A DNA stretch of 64,000 nt. It comes from Rebecca billardiae RCC1528. Lineage: Eukaryota; Protista; Haptophyta. The DNA lies in contig OZ251248.1 of the NCBI GenBank assembly GCA_965240325.2, positions 434,001 to 498,000 of the forward strand, given 5' to 3'. Under the pieces are notes generated by a model. The model did not search any database, was not told where the DNA came from, and worked only from the letters and a program-made list of their open reading frames with translations. Shown piece by piece: positions 25,411-36,050 of the stretch (position 1 is the first letter of the stretch; every line of letters starts with the position of its first letter). Position numbers and translations under genes: made by a program.

Positions 25411-26002
25411 TCGCGCGAGGAGATCGCAGGGCCGATCGTCGAGGTGCTCGCCGAGTTCCGCAAGCGCGCGCGCGCGCTCGCGGCGAGCGGCGCCGACGCG
25501 GGCGCGCTCCTCGCCGAGTGCGACGCGCTGCGAGATCGCGATCTCAAGAAGGTCGGCGTGCGGCTGGAGGACCGCTCGGGCGAGGCGGCGCGGTGGATGC
25601 TTGTCTCGCCCGCCGACCTCGAGGCGGAGGCGGAGGCGGCGGCGAAGGAGGAGCGCAAGAAGGCGCAGGCGCGCGAGGCGGTGCAGGCAAAGGAGGCGGC
25701 GCGGCTGGCGATGCGCGCCGTGCCGCCCGAGCAGATGTTCCGCCCGGAGAACGACGTGCTCTTCGGACGCGAGGCGCCGTTCACGCAGTGCGCGCCGCGC
25801 GCCGTGCGCCGCGCGCGCCACGCGTGCCGCGCCTGCGTCCGCCGCTCACCGCCCCTCGGGCGCTGGCCGACGCCCCCCGGGCTGCAGGTGGGACGACAGC
25901 GGCCTGCCCACGCACGGCGCAGACGGCGAGCCGCTCAGCAAGGGCGCGCGCAAGCGCGCGGAGAAGGCGTTCAGCAAGCACAAGGCCAACTTTGAGAAGT
26001 GA
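25411..26002 (+). pseudogene. CysRS C-terminal fragment, most intact copy (intron 25788-25887)
   Basis: GPIVEVLAEFRKRAR...LLAECDALRDRDLKKVGVRLEDR...VPPEQMF...FTQ/WDDSGLPTHGADGEPLSKG. The CD.LRD..L...GVRLEDR motif is typical of the CysRS anticodon-binding region. No catalytic domain upstream. Confidence 0.8.
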
Positions 26003-27356
26003 ATGGCCGCCTGGCTGCGCCTGACTTGCTTGATTTTGATGTGGCTCAAACCCCGCTGCCGCCCGCTTGCCGCGCGCGACGGATAAATATATATATATAC
26101 TAAATAGGCCGCCGCCCGCCGTCTCTGACTCTGAGTCTGAGTCTGAGGCCGTCGGCGTCGGCGGCCCGGTCGCGGACTGCGGCGGGCGCGCCGCCGCCCT
26201 AACGCCTAACGGGGGGCCGCCGGGCCGGGGCCGCGGCTGTCGAGTGTCACGCCACTGGCACTCGTCCGGGCGTCCCGTCGCCTGACGTCATTCATCTGAA
26301 CTGCTGTGCGGACGATTGTACGACTGGCATGCGCGCACTCGATGTGCCTGCTGTGAAGCTCTTCGTCAGACAGCCCGTCAGTTGACGATACCGACCGAGT
26401 GGCATACCGCCGGGGCCACCGGCCGCGAGTTCACGGCGGTGTCGGCGCACTTCGTCTTCGTGTCCAGTCTGACAACCGCTCTCCATTCCCGTTGCGAAGT
26501 CGACCCACGACACATGTGGGCGGCGCCAAGGTGACGGCGCCCGCGCCTGCGGCCCGCAGTCGGCGGTGCCGAAGCCGAGCTTTGCTCGCCACGCACGGCT
26601 GTCTCAGTCTGTCTGTCACCGATCCACGCGCAGCACGTCGGCCTGCCTGCCTCATCGCGTGAGGCAGCAAGGCGGTGGAACGCCGAGGGATGCGAGCGCT
26701 TCCGCAAGCGCTCCCGCGAGCGTGATGTGCGCGAGAGCTCACCACAAGCGGTCGAGAGGCGCAGGGGCTCCGAGCCGTGCCGACAATCTCACAATGGTGG
26801 TCGTGCACTCGGAAGAGGCATGCAAACGGACCGACGACACGCTCGTCAAGGCATCGCGGGGCGGCATGGCGTGCGCGCATGGTGTCGCCATCTCGCCCGG
26901 CAGCAGCGCCCGTTCGTTCCCGACCACGCCGCGCACGGCGCGCGCGCGGTCGGCTGCGGCGCAGGCAAGGCTGGCCTTGACGCGGCGCGCATGTGCGCGC
27001 TGCCCTGAGCCGAGGCGAAAGAGGCGTGGCGCAAGACGCGCGGCGCAGGAGGGCGCCGAGTGCTCTCCCGCAACAGCCCGTCCGCACGCGCCGGCTCTGC
27101 GGGCACATCCGCGCCCGCAGCGCTGTGCCCCGAGCGCGCCCCGCCAGCGGAGCACTCGCCCTCGCCGCCGCCGCCGCCCGGCGCTCAGGCAAAACTTTGC
27201 AGTGACGTCGCGCTGGCCGCTCGCTGGGAGCTCCCGGCCCGGACCTCCCTTGGCTGCAGGCAGCCCTTGCAAGCCCTCCGCCTGGGCGAGGAGCGGTCGT
27301 GGGCCAGCGGGGCGACGCACGCACCAAGCCGGTGCGCTACGCACAAGCTGGTCGGC

Positions 27357-28523
27357 ATGGTCGACCTGAAGAGCCGCAAGTGTGATCACACAGGCTGCAC
27401 CAAGTGGCCTTCGTTCGGCATGCCGGGTGACGCGCGCGCCAGCCGGTGCGCTGCGCACAAGCTGGCCGGCATGGTCGACGTGAAGAATTGCAGTTGTGCT
27501 CACACCGGCTGCACCAAGGGGCCTTCGTTTGGCATGCCGGGCGACGCGCGCGCCAGCCGGTGCGCTGTGCACAAGCTGGCCGGCATGGTCGACCTGAAGC
27601 ACCCCAAGTGTGATCACACAGGCTGCACCAAGCAGCCTTACTTCGGGATGCCGGGCGACGCGCGCGCCAGCCGGTGCGCTACGCACAAGCTGGCCAGCAT
27701 GGTCGACCTGATGCACCCCAAGTGCGATCACACCGGCTGCACCAAGGGGCCTTCGTTTGGCATGCCGGGCGACGCGCGCGCCAGCCGGTGCGCTGTGCAC
27801 AAGCTGGCCGGCATGGTCGACCTGAAGCACCCCAAGTGTGATCACACCGACTGCACCAAGCTGCCTTACTTCGGGATGCCGGGCGACGCGCGCGCCAGCC
27901 GGTGCGCTACGCACAAGCTGGCCAGCATGGTCGACCTGATGCACCCCAAGTGCGATCACGCCGGCTGCACCAAGGGGCCTTCGTTTGGCATGCCGGGCGA
28001 CGCGCGCGCCAGCCGGTGCGCTACGCACAAGCTGGCCAGCATGGTCAACCTGAAGCACCCCAAGTGCGATCACGCCGGCTGCACCAAGCAGCCTTCGTTT
28101 GGCATGCCGGGCGACGCGCGCGCCAGCCGGTGCGCTGTGCACAAGCTGGCCGGCATGGGCGACCTGAAGAACCCCAAGTGTGAGCACACAGGCTGCACCA
28201 AGCGGCCTTCGTTCAGCATGCCGGGCGACGTGCGCGCCAGCCGGTGCGCTGTGCACAAGCTGGCTGCCATGACGTGCCTTGGGAGTGGTGCGCACATTCG
28301 GCACAAGCGTGGGCTGGAGCAAGGCACGCGCACCAAAGCGTCGAGCGCCGTCAAGCGACAGCGGACGCGCACCAGCAGCACAGGCACGACCTCTGTCGCC
28401 GCAGCAGCCGCAGCGCAGCCGCGGCCGCGGTCGCAGCTGCCGCCGGTGGTCAAGGCCCGCCTTGCATCGACACCACTATCGCATTCTGCACGGCCTGTGG
28501 TGATGGCTAGGCGGGTCAACTGA
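27357..28523 (+). CDS. EsV-1-7-like repeat protein, copy 8 (8 repeats; lacks the MVGVK..CEHVGC first repeat)
   Basis: 1167 bp = 8x114+255; distinct 5' region. Confidence 0.75.
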   Translation: MVDLKSRKCDHTGCTKWPSFGMPGDARASRCAAHKLAGMVDVKNCSCAHTGCTKGPSFGMPGDARASRCAVHKLAGMVDLKHPKCDHTGCTKQPYFGMPGDARASRCATHKLASMVDLMHPKCDHTGCTKGPSFGMPGDARASRCAVHKLAGMVDLKHPKCDHTDCTKLPYFGMPGDARASRCATHKLASMVDLMHPKCDHAGCTKGPSFGMPGDARASRCATHKLASMVNLKHPKCDHAGCTKQPSFGMPGDARASRCAVHKLAGMGDLKNPKCEHTGCTKRPSFSMPGDVRASRCAVHKLAAMTCLGSGAHIRHKRGLEQGTRTKASSAVKRQRTRTSSTGTTSVAAAAAAQPRPRSQLPPVVKARLASTPLSHSARPVVMARRVN

Positions 28524-28567
28524 CCGCCGCCCGGCGCGCCGCCGCTGCCGCCGCCACCGCTGTGCTC

Positions 28568-28980
28568 TCGCGCGAGCAGATCGCAGGGCCAATCGTCGAG
28601 GTGCTCGCCGAGATCTGCGAGCGCGTGCGCGTGCTCGCGGCGAGCGGCGTCGACGCGGGCGCGCTCGGTGGATGCTCGTCTCTCCCGCCGACCTCGAGGC
28701 GGAAGCGGCGGCGGCGGCAAAGGAGGAGCGCAAGGAGGCGCAGGCGCGCGAGGCGGTGCAGGCAAAGGAGGCGGTGCGGCTGGAGATGCGCGCCGTGTCG
28801 CCCGAGCAGATGTTCCGCCCAGTGAATGACGTGCTCTTCGGACGCGAGGCGCCGTTCACGCAGTGCGCGCCCCGCGCCGTGCGCCGTGCGCGCTACGCGT
28901 GTCGCGCCTGCGTTCGCCGGCGCAAGCGCGCGGAGAAGGTGTTCAGCAAGCACAAGGTCAAGGCCATCTTTGTGAAGTGA
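28568..28980 (+). pseudogene. CysRS C-terminal fragment (Y type)
   Basis: Same structure as 6427-6839. Confidence 0.6.
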
Positions 28981-29217
28981 ATGGCCGCCGTCTGCGCCCG
29001 ACTTGCTTGATGTGGCGCAAACCCCGCTGCCGCCCGCGTGCCGTGCTCGACGGATATAGCCGCTGCACGCGTACACTGAGTCACTACCGTACAGCAGCGG
29101 CAGCGCAGTCGTCAGTCCGGCCCGCCGCCCGTCACTACTGTCTACTCACTCTGCAGCGGCACGCCAAGCACCGTATATATAAGGTTGAACTTTTCCCGTT
29201 TGGTCCGATCTATATAT

Positions 29218-30961
29218 GTCTAGCCGTCCTCGTGAACGCCGACGCCAACTGCTGGCCGAAGGTGGGCACGCCGCCTGGCATGTCGATGCCGAGGCGGCTG
29301 CGTGTGTTCCTACTCAGTGGGATTTACGTGTCCTCATGCCTTGGCGAGCGGCAGCAGATGCGGTGGGCATGCCGCTCGCCGTCGACGAGACGCGGTGCGT
29401 GAGTGATCCCGCGCGGACGTCCGCTGACGGAAGGCTGAGCGCCTGCGGACTCGTCGACTGAACCTCCACCTGACCGCCCGGGAGCAGCACTGCTGGGGAC
29501 CTAACCTGAAAAACCCAATCGTGTTGGGAGGCAGGGGGTCACATGAGCCCTAAGTGCAGCGCCGCAAGACCGGGCGGTCGGACGGCGGGTGTTGTGATCC
29601 CGCCGCCCGAGCACCAGACCAACGGGCCCTGGGTGGGCGGGTTGCCGAAAGATGTTGGTCGGTGCACGCGACGCGCCACCCGCGTGCGAGCCGCCGCCGC
29701 CGGCGACGCAGGACGAGCTTGGCTGGAGCCATCTCGCACGCCGCGCCTGGCGAAGCAGGCGGCAGAGGCCGGCGCCGGAAATCGATCTCCTGGGCGGCAG
29801 AACAACCCGGACAGACTGTTTGTCCGGGAGCAGCGCCCTTTGAGGCGATGGTCTGGTAGAGGGCGATGTGGCTGATGAGCGGCGCTGGCGCCCGGCGTTC
29901 TTGTCGTCCTCTTAGACAATCAGTTATTGTACCAATAACCCCACGTCTAGCCGTCCTCGTGAACGCCGACGCCAACTGCTGGCCGAAGGTGGGCACGCCG
30001 CCTGGCATGTCGATGCCGAGGCGGCTGCGTGTGTTCCTACTCAGTGGGATTTACGTGTCCTCATGCCTTGGCGAGCGGCAGCAGATGCGGTGGGCATGCC
30101 GCTCGCCGTCGACGAGACGCGGTGCGTGAGTGATCCCGTTTCATGGTGTGTTGGGGAGCACCGCGTGGAGGAGAATCCCATTGAGTGATGGGAAGGAACG
30201 GGGGCAAGGCACGTGTGAGTCGCGCACGCACGAGGGCCGGCCAGCGGGGGCTGGGCAGGTGGGGCAGTGCGAGTGAGACGGAACCCGAATAGGAGAGATA
30301 GCAGGCAGCCGGCCCCGAGGCGCGGCGCTGCGGAAGCAGGAGAAGGCTAGACGGCCTTTGCGGATGCTGTGAATGGCCCGCGGGTGCGCACGGGGCCCGG
30401 CGCGCGGTGTGCCGCCAGCGGTCCTTGTGTAGGAGCCGGCTGGCGTTGGCACCGGGGCGATCCCGAGGCAGGGCGGGAGAGATGGAGCAGCGATCCGCGT
30501 GGGGGCGCACCCACGGAGGAGGAGGCATGTGGCGAAGAGGGAACGGTGCGATCGGGGCGGGTGCGGAAGAGCCACAGGGTGCGCACGCACACAGAGAGAG
30601 AAGAGGCGGTGGCCCGAAGCGCGAGGGGGCGCGATGCGGAGCGTTGCTTACCGCCGAGTTGCCGAAAGATGTTGGTCGGTGCACGCGACGCGCCACCCGC
30701 GTGCGAGCCGCCGCCGCCGGCGACGCAGGACGAGCTTGGCTGGAGCCATCTCGCACGCCGCGCCTGGCGAAGCAGGCGGCAGAGGCCGGCGCCGGAAATC
30801 GATCTCCTGGGCGGCAGAACAACCCGGACAGACTGTTTGTCCGGGAGCAGCGCCCTTTGAGGCGATGGTCTGGTAGAGGGCGATGTGGCTGATGAGCGGC
30901 GCTGGCGCCCGGCGTTCTTGTCGTCCTCTTAGACAATCAGTTATTGTACCAATAACCCCAC
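29218..30961 (-). mobile_element. (TA)n-inserted element with A-u1-B-A-u2-B split direct repeats (PAT/TOC1-like, non-autonomous)
   Basis: On the minus strand: A ~30961-30658, unique, B ~30139-29945 abutting A ~29944-29641, unique, B ~29411-29218. Flanked by TA runs with no other TSD. Confidence 0.7.
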
Positions 30962-31204
30962 ATATATATATGTCTAGCTGAACTACTAACTATAATATAT
31001 ATATATATATATATTAACGAATATAACGCCGTATTCGTATTACGTGGCGTAATAGTTTTATATAAAACGGCCGCGCGACGCTGCGGGAGTCCGGGGCACG
31101 TATCGGCGAGTATCGACTATCGCGGACTGATATGATGAAACTACGACTACGTACTCCGCGCCGCCTGCGGCCCGTGCCACAGTGACTTTAACCTGTTTCT
31201 CAAA

Positions 31205-31852
31205 GACTCAGAGCAGGCCCGTACCGTGGTAGTCTACTGTCTCCCTGGACCTGGTACGGTCTACCGTCATCACTAGTTAGTAGTTACGTCTACCGTCTAC
31301 GGTACCGTACTTACTACGGTCTAGGCTCGGCCCGCGGGCCCGCCGCGGACGGGCTCGCGGAGCGGACTGCGCGCCGCTGCATTTAACTACGTCGTCATCA
31401 AGTGTACGCGTCACTATGCTGATGACTGTAGTACCGGCTAGCATGCGCACTCCGCCTGCTGTTACACTCTTCAGGCAGCCGGCGTCAGTCCGTTCACCGT
31501 TGAATGTTGATGCCGATACCGGGCACCACGGGACTCAGAGCAGGCCCGTACCGTGGTAGTCTACTGTCTCCCTGGACCTGGTAGTAGCCTACTCATCACT
31601 AGTTAGTAGTTACGTCTACCGTCTACGGTACCGCGTACTTACTACGGTCCGTAGGCTCGGCCCGCGGGCCCGCCGCGGACGGGCTCGCGGAGCGGACTGC
31701 GCGCCGCTGCATTTAACTACGTCATCAAGTGTACGCGTCACTATGCTGACTGTAGTACCGGCTAGCATGCGCACTCCGCCTGCTGTTACACTCTTCAGGC
31801 AGCCGGGTTAGCCCGTTCACCGTTGAATGTTGATGCCGATACCGGGCACCAC
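31205..31852 (+). repeat. Local ~325-bp tandem duplication of the type-A upstream region
   Basis: GACTCAGAGCAGGCCCGTACC...GGGCACCACGGG occurs twice in succession (~31205 and ~31532). Confidence 0.8.
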
Positions 31853-32387
31853 GGGGCTTCGTCGATCTTCGTGTCCAGTCTGACAACCGCCCCGTTCCCG
31901 TTGCGGAGTCGCCCCAGGACACCGGTGAGCGGCACCAACGTGACGGCGCCCGCGCCTGCAGCCCGCAGTCGGCGGTGCCGAAGCCGAGATTTGCTCGCCA
32001 CGCACGGCTGTCTGTCTGTCACCGATCCACGCGCAGCACGTCGGCCTGCCTCATCGCGTGAGGCAGCAAGGCGGTGGAACGCCGAGGGCTGCGAGCGCTT
32101 CCGCGAGCGCTCCCGCGAGCGTGATGTGCGCACGAGCTCACCAGAAGCGGTCGAGAGGCGAGGGGCTCCGAGGTGCCGACAAGGGTGGTCGTGCCAACGC
32201 CGTCGGAGTGGCGCGGGCCGAACCGGCGCGGCTGGAGAAGCGGAAATCGTCATGCGGAAAACGGGAAACGTTCATCAAAGAACTCTGGGCGCAGGACTGC
32301 TGCAGCCCTCTGCGTGGGCGAGGAGCGGTCGTCGGCCAGCGGGGCGACGCACGCGCCAGCCGGTGCGCTGTGGACAAGCTGGCCGGC

Positions 32388-33449
32388 ATGGTCGGCGTGA
32401 AGAACCAGAAGCGCGCAGTGTGCGAACATGTTGGCTGCACCAAGGTGCCTTCGTTTGGCATGCCGGGCGACGCGCGCGCCAGCCGGTGCGCTGCGCACAA
32501 GCTGGCCGGCATGGTTGACGTAAAGAATAGCAGTTGTGCTCACACCGGCTGCACCAAGGGGCCTTCGTTTGGCATGCCGGGTGACGCGCGCGCCAGCCGG
32601 TGCGCTGCGCACAAGCTGGCAGGCATGGTCGACCTGAAGCACCCCAAGTGTGATCACACAGGCTGCACCAAGCAGCCTTACTTCGGGATGCCGGGTGACG
32701 CGCGCGCCAGCCGGTGCGCTGCGCACAAGCTGGCCGGTATGGTCGACCTGAAGAACCCCAAGTGCGATCACACCGGCTGCACCAAGGTGCCTTCGTTCGG
32801 CATGCCGGGCGACGCGCGCGCCAGCCGGTGCGCTACGCACAAGCTTGCCGGCATGGTCGACCTGAAGAGCCGCAAGTGTGATCACACAGGCTGCACCACG
32901 CGGCCTTACTTCGGGATGCCGGGCGACGCGGGCGCCAGCCGGTGCGCTACGCACAAGCTGGCCGGCATGGTCGACCTGAAGAGCCGCAAGTGTGATCACA
33001 CAGGCTGCACCAAGCGGCCTTCGTTCGGCATGCCGGGCGACGCGCGCGCCAGCCGGTGCGCTACGCACAAGCTGGCCGGCATGGTCGACCTGAAGAACCG
33101 CAAGTGTGATCACACAGGCTGCACCAAGCAGCCTTCGTTCGGCATGCCGGGCGACGCGCGCGCCAGCCGGTGCGCTGTGCACAAGCTGGCTGCCATGACG
33201 TGCCTCGCGAGTGGTGCGCACATTCGGCACAAGCGTGGGCTGGAGCAAGGCTCGAGCACCAAAGCGTCGAGCGCCGCCAAGCGACAGCGGACGCGCACCA
33301 GCAGCACAGGCACGACCTCTGTCGCCGCAGCAGCCGCAGCGCAGCCGCGGCCGCGGTCGCAGCTGCCGCCGGTGGTCAAGGCCCGCGTTGCATCGACACC
33401 ACTACCGCATTCTGCACGGCCTGTGGTGATGGCTAGGCGGGTCAACTGA
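32388..33449 (+). CDS. EsV-1-7-like repeat protein, copy 9 (7 repeats)
   Basis: 1062 bp = 7x114+264; frame open from 32058. Confidence 0.8.
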   Translation: MVGVKNQKRAVCEHVGCTKVPSFGMPGDARASRCAAHKLAGMVDVKNSSCAHTGCTKGPSFGMPGDARASRCAAHKLAGMVDLKHPKCDHTGCTKQPYFGMPGDARASRCAAHKLAGMVDLKNPKCDHTGCTKVPSFGMPGDARASRCATHKLAGMVDLKSRKCDHTGCTTRPYFGMPGDAGASRCATHKLAGMVDLKSRKCDHTGCTKRPSFGMPGDARASRCATHKLAGMVDLKNRKCDHTGCTKQPSFGMPGDARASRCAVHKLAAMTCLASGAHIRHKRGLEQGSSTKASSAAKRQRTRTSSTGTTSVAAAAAAQPRPRSQLPPVVKARVASTPLPHSARPVVMARRVN

Positions 33450-33493
33450 CCGCCGCCCGGCGCGCCGCCGCCGCCGCCGCCACCGCTGTGCTC

Positions 33494-34003
33494 TCGCGCG
33501 AGGAGATCGCAGGGCCGATCGTCGAGGTGCTCGCCGAGTTCTGCGAGCGCGTGCGCGCGCTCGCGGCGAGCGGCGCCGACGCGGGCGCGCTCGGTGGATG
33601 CTCGTCTCGCCCGCCGACCTCGAGGCGGAGACGGCGGCGGCGGCAACGGAGGAGCGCAAGAAGGCGCAGGCGCGCGAGGCGGTGCAGGCAAAGGAGGCGG
33701 CGCGGCTGGTGATGCGCGCCGTGCCGCCCGAGCAGATGTTCCGCCCGGAGAACGACGTGCTCTTCGGACGCGAGGCGCCGTTCACGCAGTGCGCGCCGCG
33801 CGCACCGCGCCGCGCGCGCCACGCGTGCCGCGCCTGCGTCCGCCGCTCACCGCCCCTCGGGCGCTGGCCGACGCCCCCCGGGCTGCAGGTGGGACGACAG
33901 CGGCCTGCCCACGCACGGCACAGACGGCGAGCCGCTCAGCAAGGGCGCGCGCAAGCGCGCGGAGAAGGCGTTCAGCAAGCACAAGGCCAACTTTGAGAAG
34001 TGA
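33494..34003 (+). pseudogene. CysRS C-terminal fragment (X type)
   Basis: Same structure as 3893-4402. Confidence 0.65.
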
Positions 34004-34885
34004 ATGGCCGCCGGCTGCGCCTGACAGTGACTTGCTTGATTTTGATGTGGCTCAAACCCCGCTGCCGCCCGCTTGCCGCGCGCGACGGATAAATATATAC
34101 CAAATAGGCCGCCGCCCGCCGTCTCTGACTCTGAGTCTGAGTCTGAGGCCGTCGGCGTCGGCGGCCCGGTCGCGGACTGCGGCGGGCGCGCCGGCCCGCC
34201 CGCCGGGCGCCGCGCCCCGGGCGCCGCTGCAGCCTGCCGCACTCATAGTCATACAGTCATACAATGAAGTACAGAATAACAGAGTACTGATGACTAAATA
34301 TGTCGTAACCGCCACCGGCACTCGTCCGGGCGTCCCGTCGTCTGACGTCATTCATCTGAACTGCTGTGCGGACGATTGTACGACTGGCATGCGCGCACTC
34401 GATGTGCCTGCTGTGAAGCTCTTCGTCAGACAGCCCGTCAGTTGACGATACCGACTCATACCGCCGGGGCCACCGGCCGCGAGTTCACGGCGGTGTCGGC
34501 GCACTTCGTCTTCGTGTCCAGTCTGACAACCGCTCTCCATTCCCGTTGCGAAGTCGACCCACGACACATGTGGGCGGCGCCAACGTGACGGCGCCCGCGC
34601 CTGCGGCCCGCAGTCGGCGGTGCCGAAGCCGAGCTTTGCTCGCCACGCACGGCTGTCTGTCTGTCACCGATCCACGCGCAGCACGTCGGCCGGCCTGCCT
34701 CATCGCGTGAGGCAGCAAGGCGGTGGAACGCCGAGGGATGCGAGCGCTTCCGCGAGCGCTCCCGCGAGCGTGAGGTGCGCGAGAGCTCACCAGAAGCGGT
34801 CGAGAGGCGAGGGGCTCCGAGGTGCCGACAAGGGTGGTCGTGCCGACGCCATCGGAGTGGCGCGGGCCGAACCGGCGGCGCAGAA

Positions 34886-35902
34886 CAGGGATGGGCAGAT
34901 TCGCCGAATGGCCTCAGCCTTCGCTTCTTCGCCGAATTCGCCGAATTCGGCGAATTCGGCGAATATGGCGAATTTCTGCGTTGCGAACATTTCCGCGCCA
35001 TGTGTCACCCGAGCTGACAGGCTACGAGTGTCAGGATGACGCGTGGCACACCCCGTCGACTTCCAGGGACCGTGCCCAAGCTGTGAAGCCTCTACGCGGC
35101 CGAGCTCTGGGACGCGCGCGGCGGGTCAGACATCTTCATTGCGCGCCATTGCGCGCCTCGCGTGGCACGGGCTTATGACACGGACCTCGGCCCGGCCAGC
35201 TTCCTCAGCCTTCGCTAAGTTGGCGGCAAGTCTCAGTGCAAGCGTGCCAGGAAGCATTGTGCTCGAGTCTGCCGCGCCGCCCGGCGAACGCCAGCCTCGC
35301 CGATGCCACGACCACCAAGGCCGGCGCACAGGCTGTCCGTCGGCCTGAGTTCACGGCTGCTCGGCAGTCCGCCTTCAGCGTATGCACGCAACGCTGCCCG
35401 CGCCAGAAGTCGTCGCGACGCTCGTCTGACGCCTCGTCAGAGCGCACGTCGCTACACTTGTAGCGGAGATGCGCTGCGTGACCCTGTGCGTCAACGACGC
35501 GTGCAAGGCGCCGAGCTGCCCGCGGCCACCTACTGACAACGTAGCGCGGCGCCGAGTTCAGCAGGCGCGCCCGCTCTCCGCGCTCGACGACTGGCTGCCG
35601 CCGCCGCTGCGGAGGCATGCAAGCGCCGACCGCGTCATATTCGACAGCCCGCTTGGCGAGTTAGCGTCGTACGCCGCACGCCTCGGCGCGGCGGACGCGC
35701 ACGTGGCGGCGCGCGGGTCGCGCTCCGATGCGCCGAGCGGCGGCCGTCGGCCGCCGGCCGGGAGATACTGAGTCCGGCAACGGCAATACCGCCCGGATCG
35801 GGGATTTCGCCACCTTCGCCGAATGCGCCCAGCCTTCGCCGTTCGCCGATTCGGCGAATTCGGCGAATTGAAAATTCGGCGATTCGCTTGCGCCCATCCC
35901 TG
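34886..35902. mobile_element. Non-autonomous hAT-like element (~1.0 kb)
   Basis: 8-bp TSD GCGCAGAA, 11-bp TIR CAGGGATGGGC, many subterminal TTCGCCGAA motifs at both ends. The site is empty in paralogous units such as copies 1-3. Confidence 0.9.
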
Positions 35903-36050
35903 GCGCAGAAGCGAAAACCTCACAAATCGTCTGGAAATTGGAAAACGGGAAACGTTCCAACGTTCATCAAAGAACTCTGGGCGCAGGACTGCTGCAGCCC
36001 TCTGCGTGGACGCACGCGCCAGCCGGTGCGCTGTGGACAAGCTGGCCGGC

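Noticed and set aside
25367-26002. Read-through fusion of the repeat protein to CysRS
   Set aside because: The frames differ, and the CysRS frame has a TAG at 25351.
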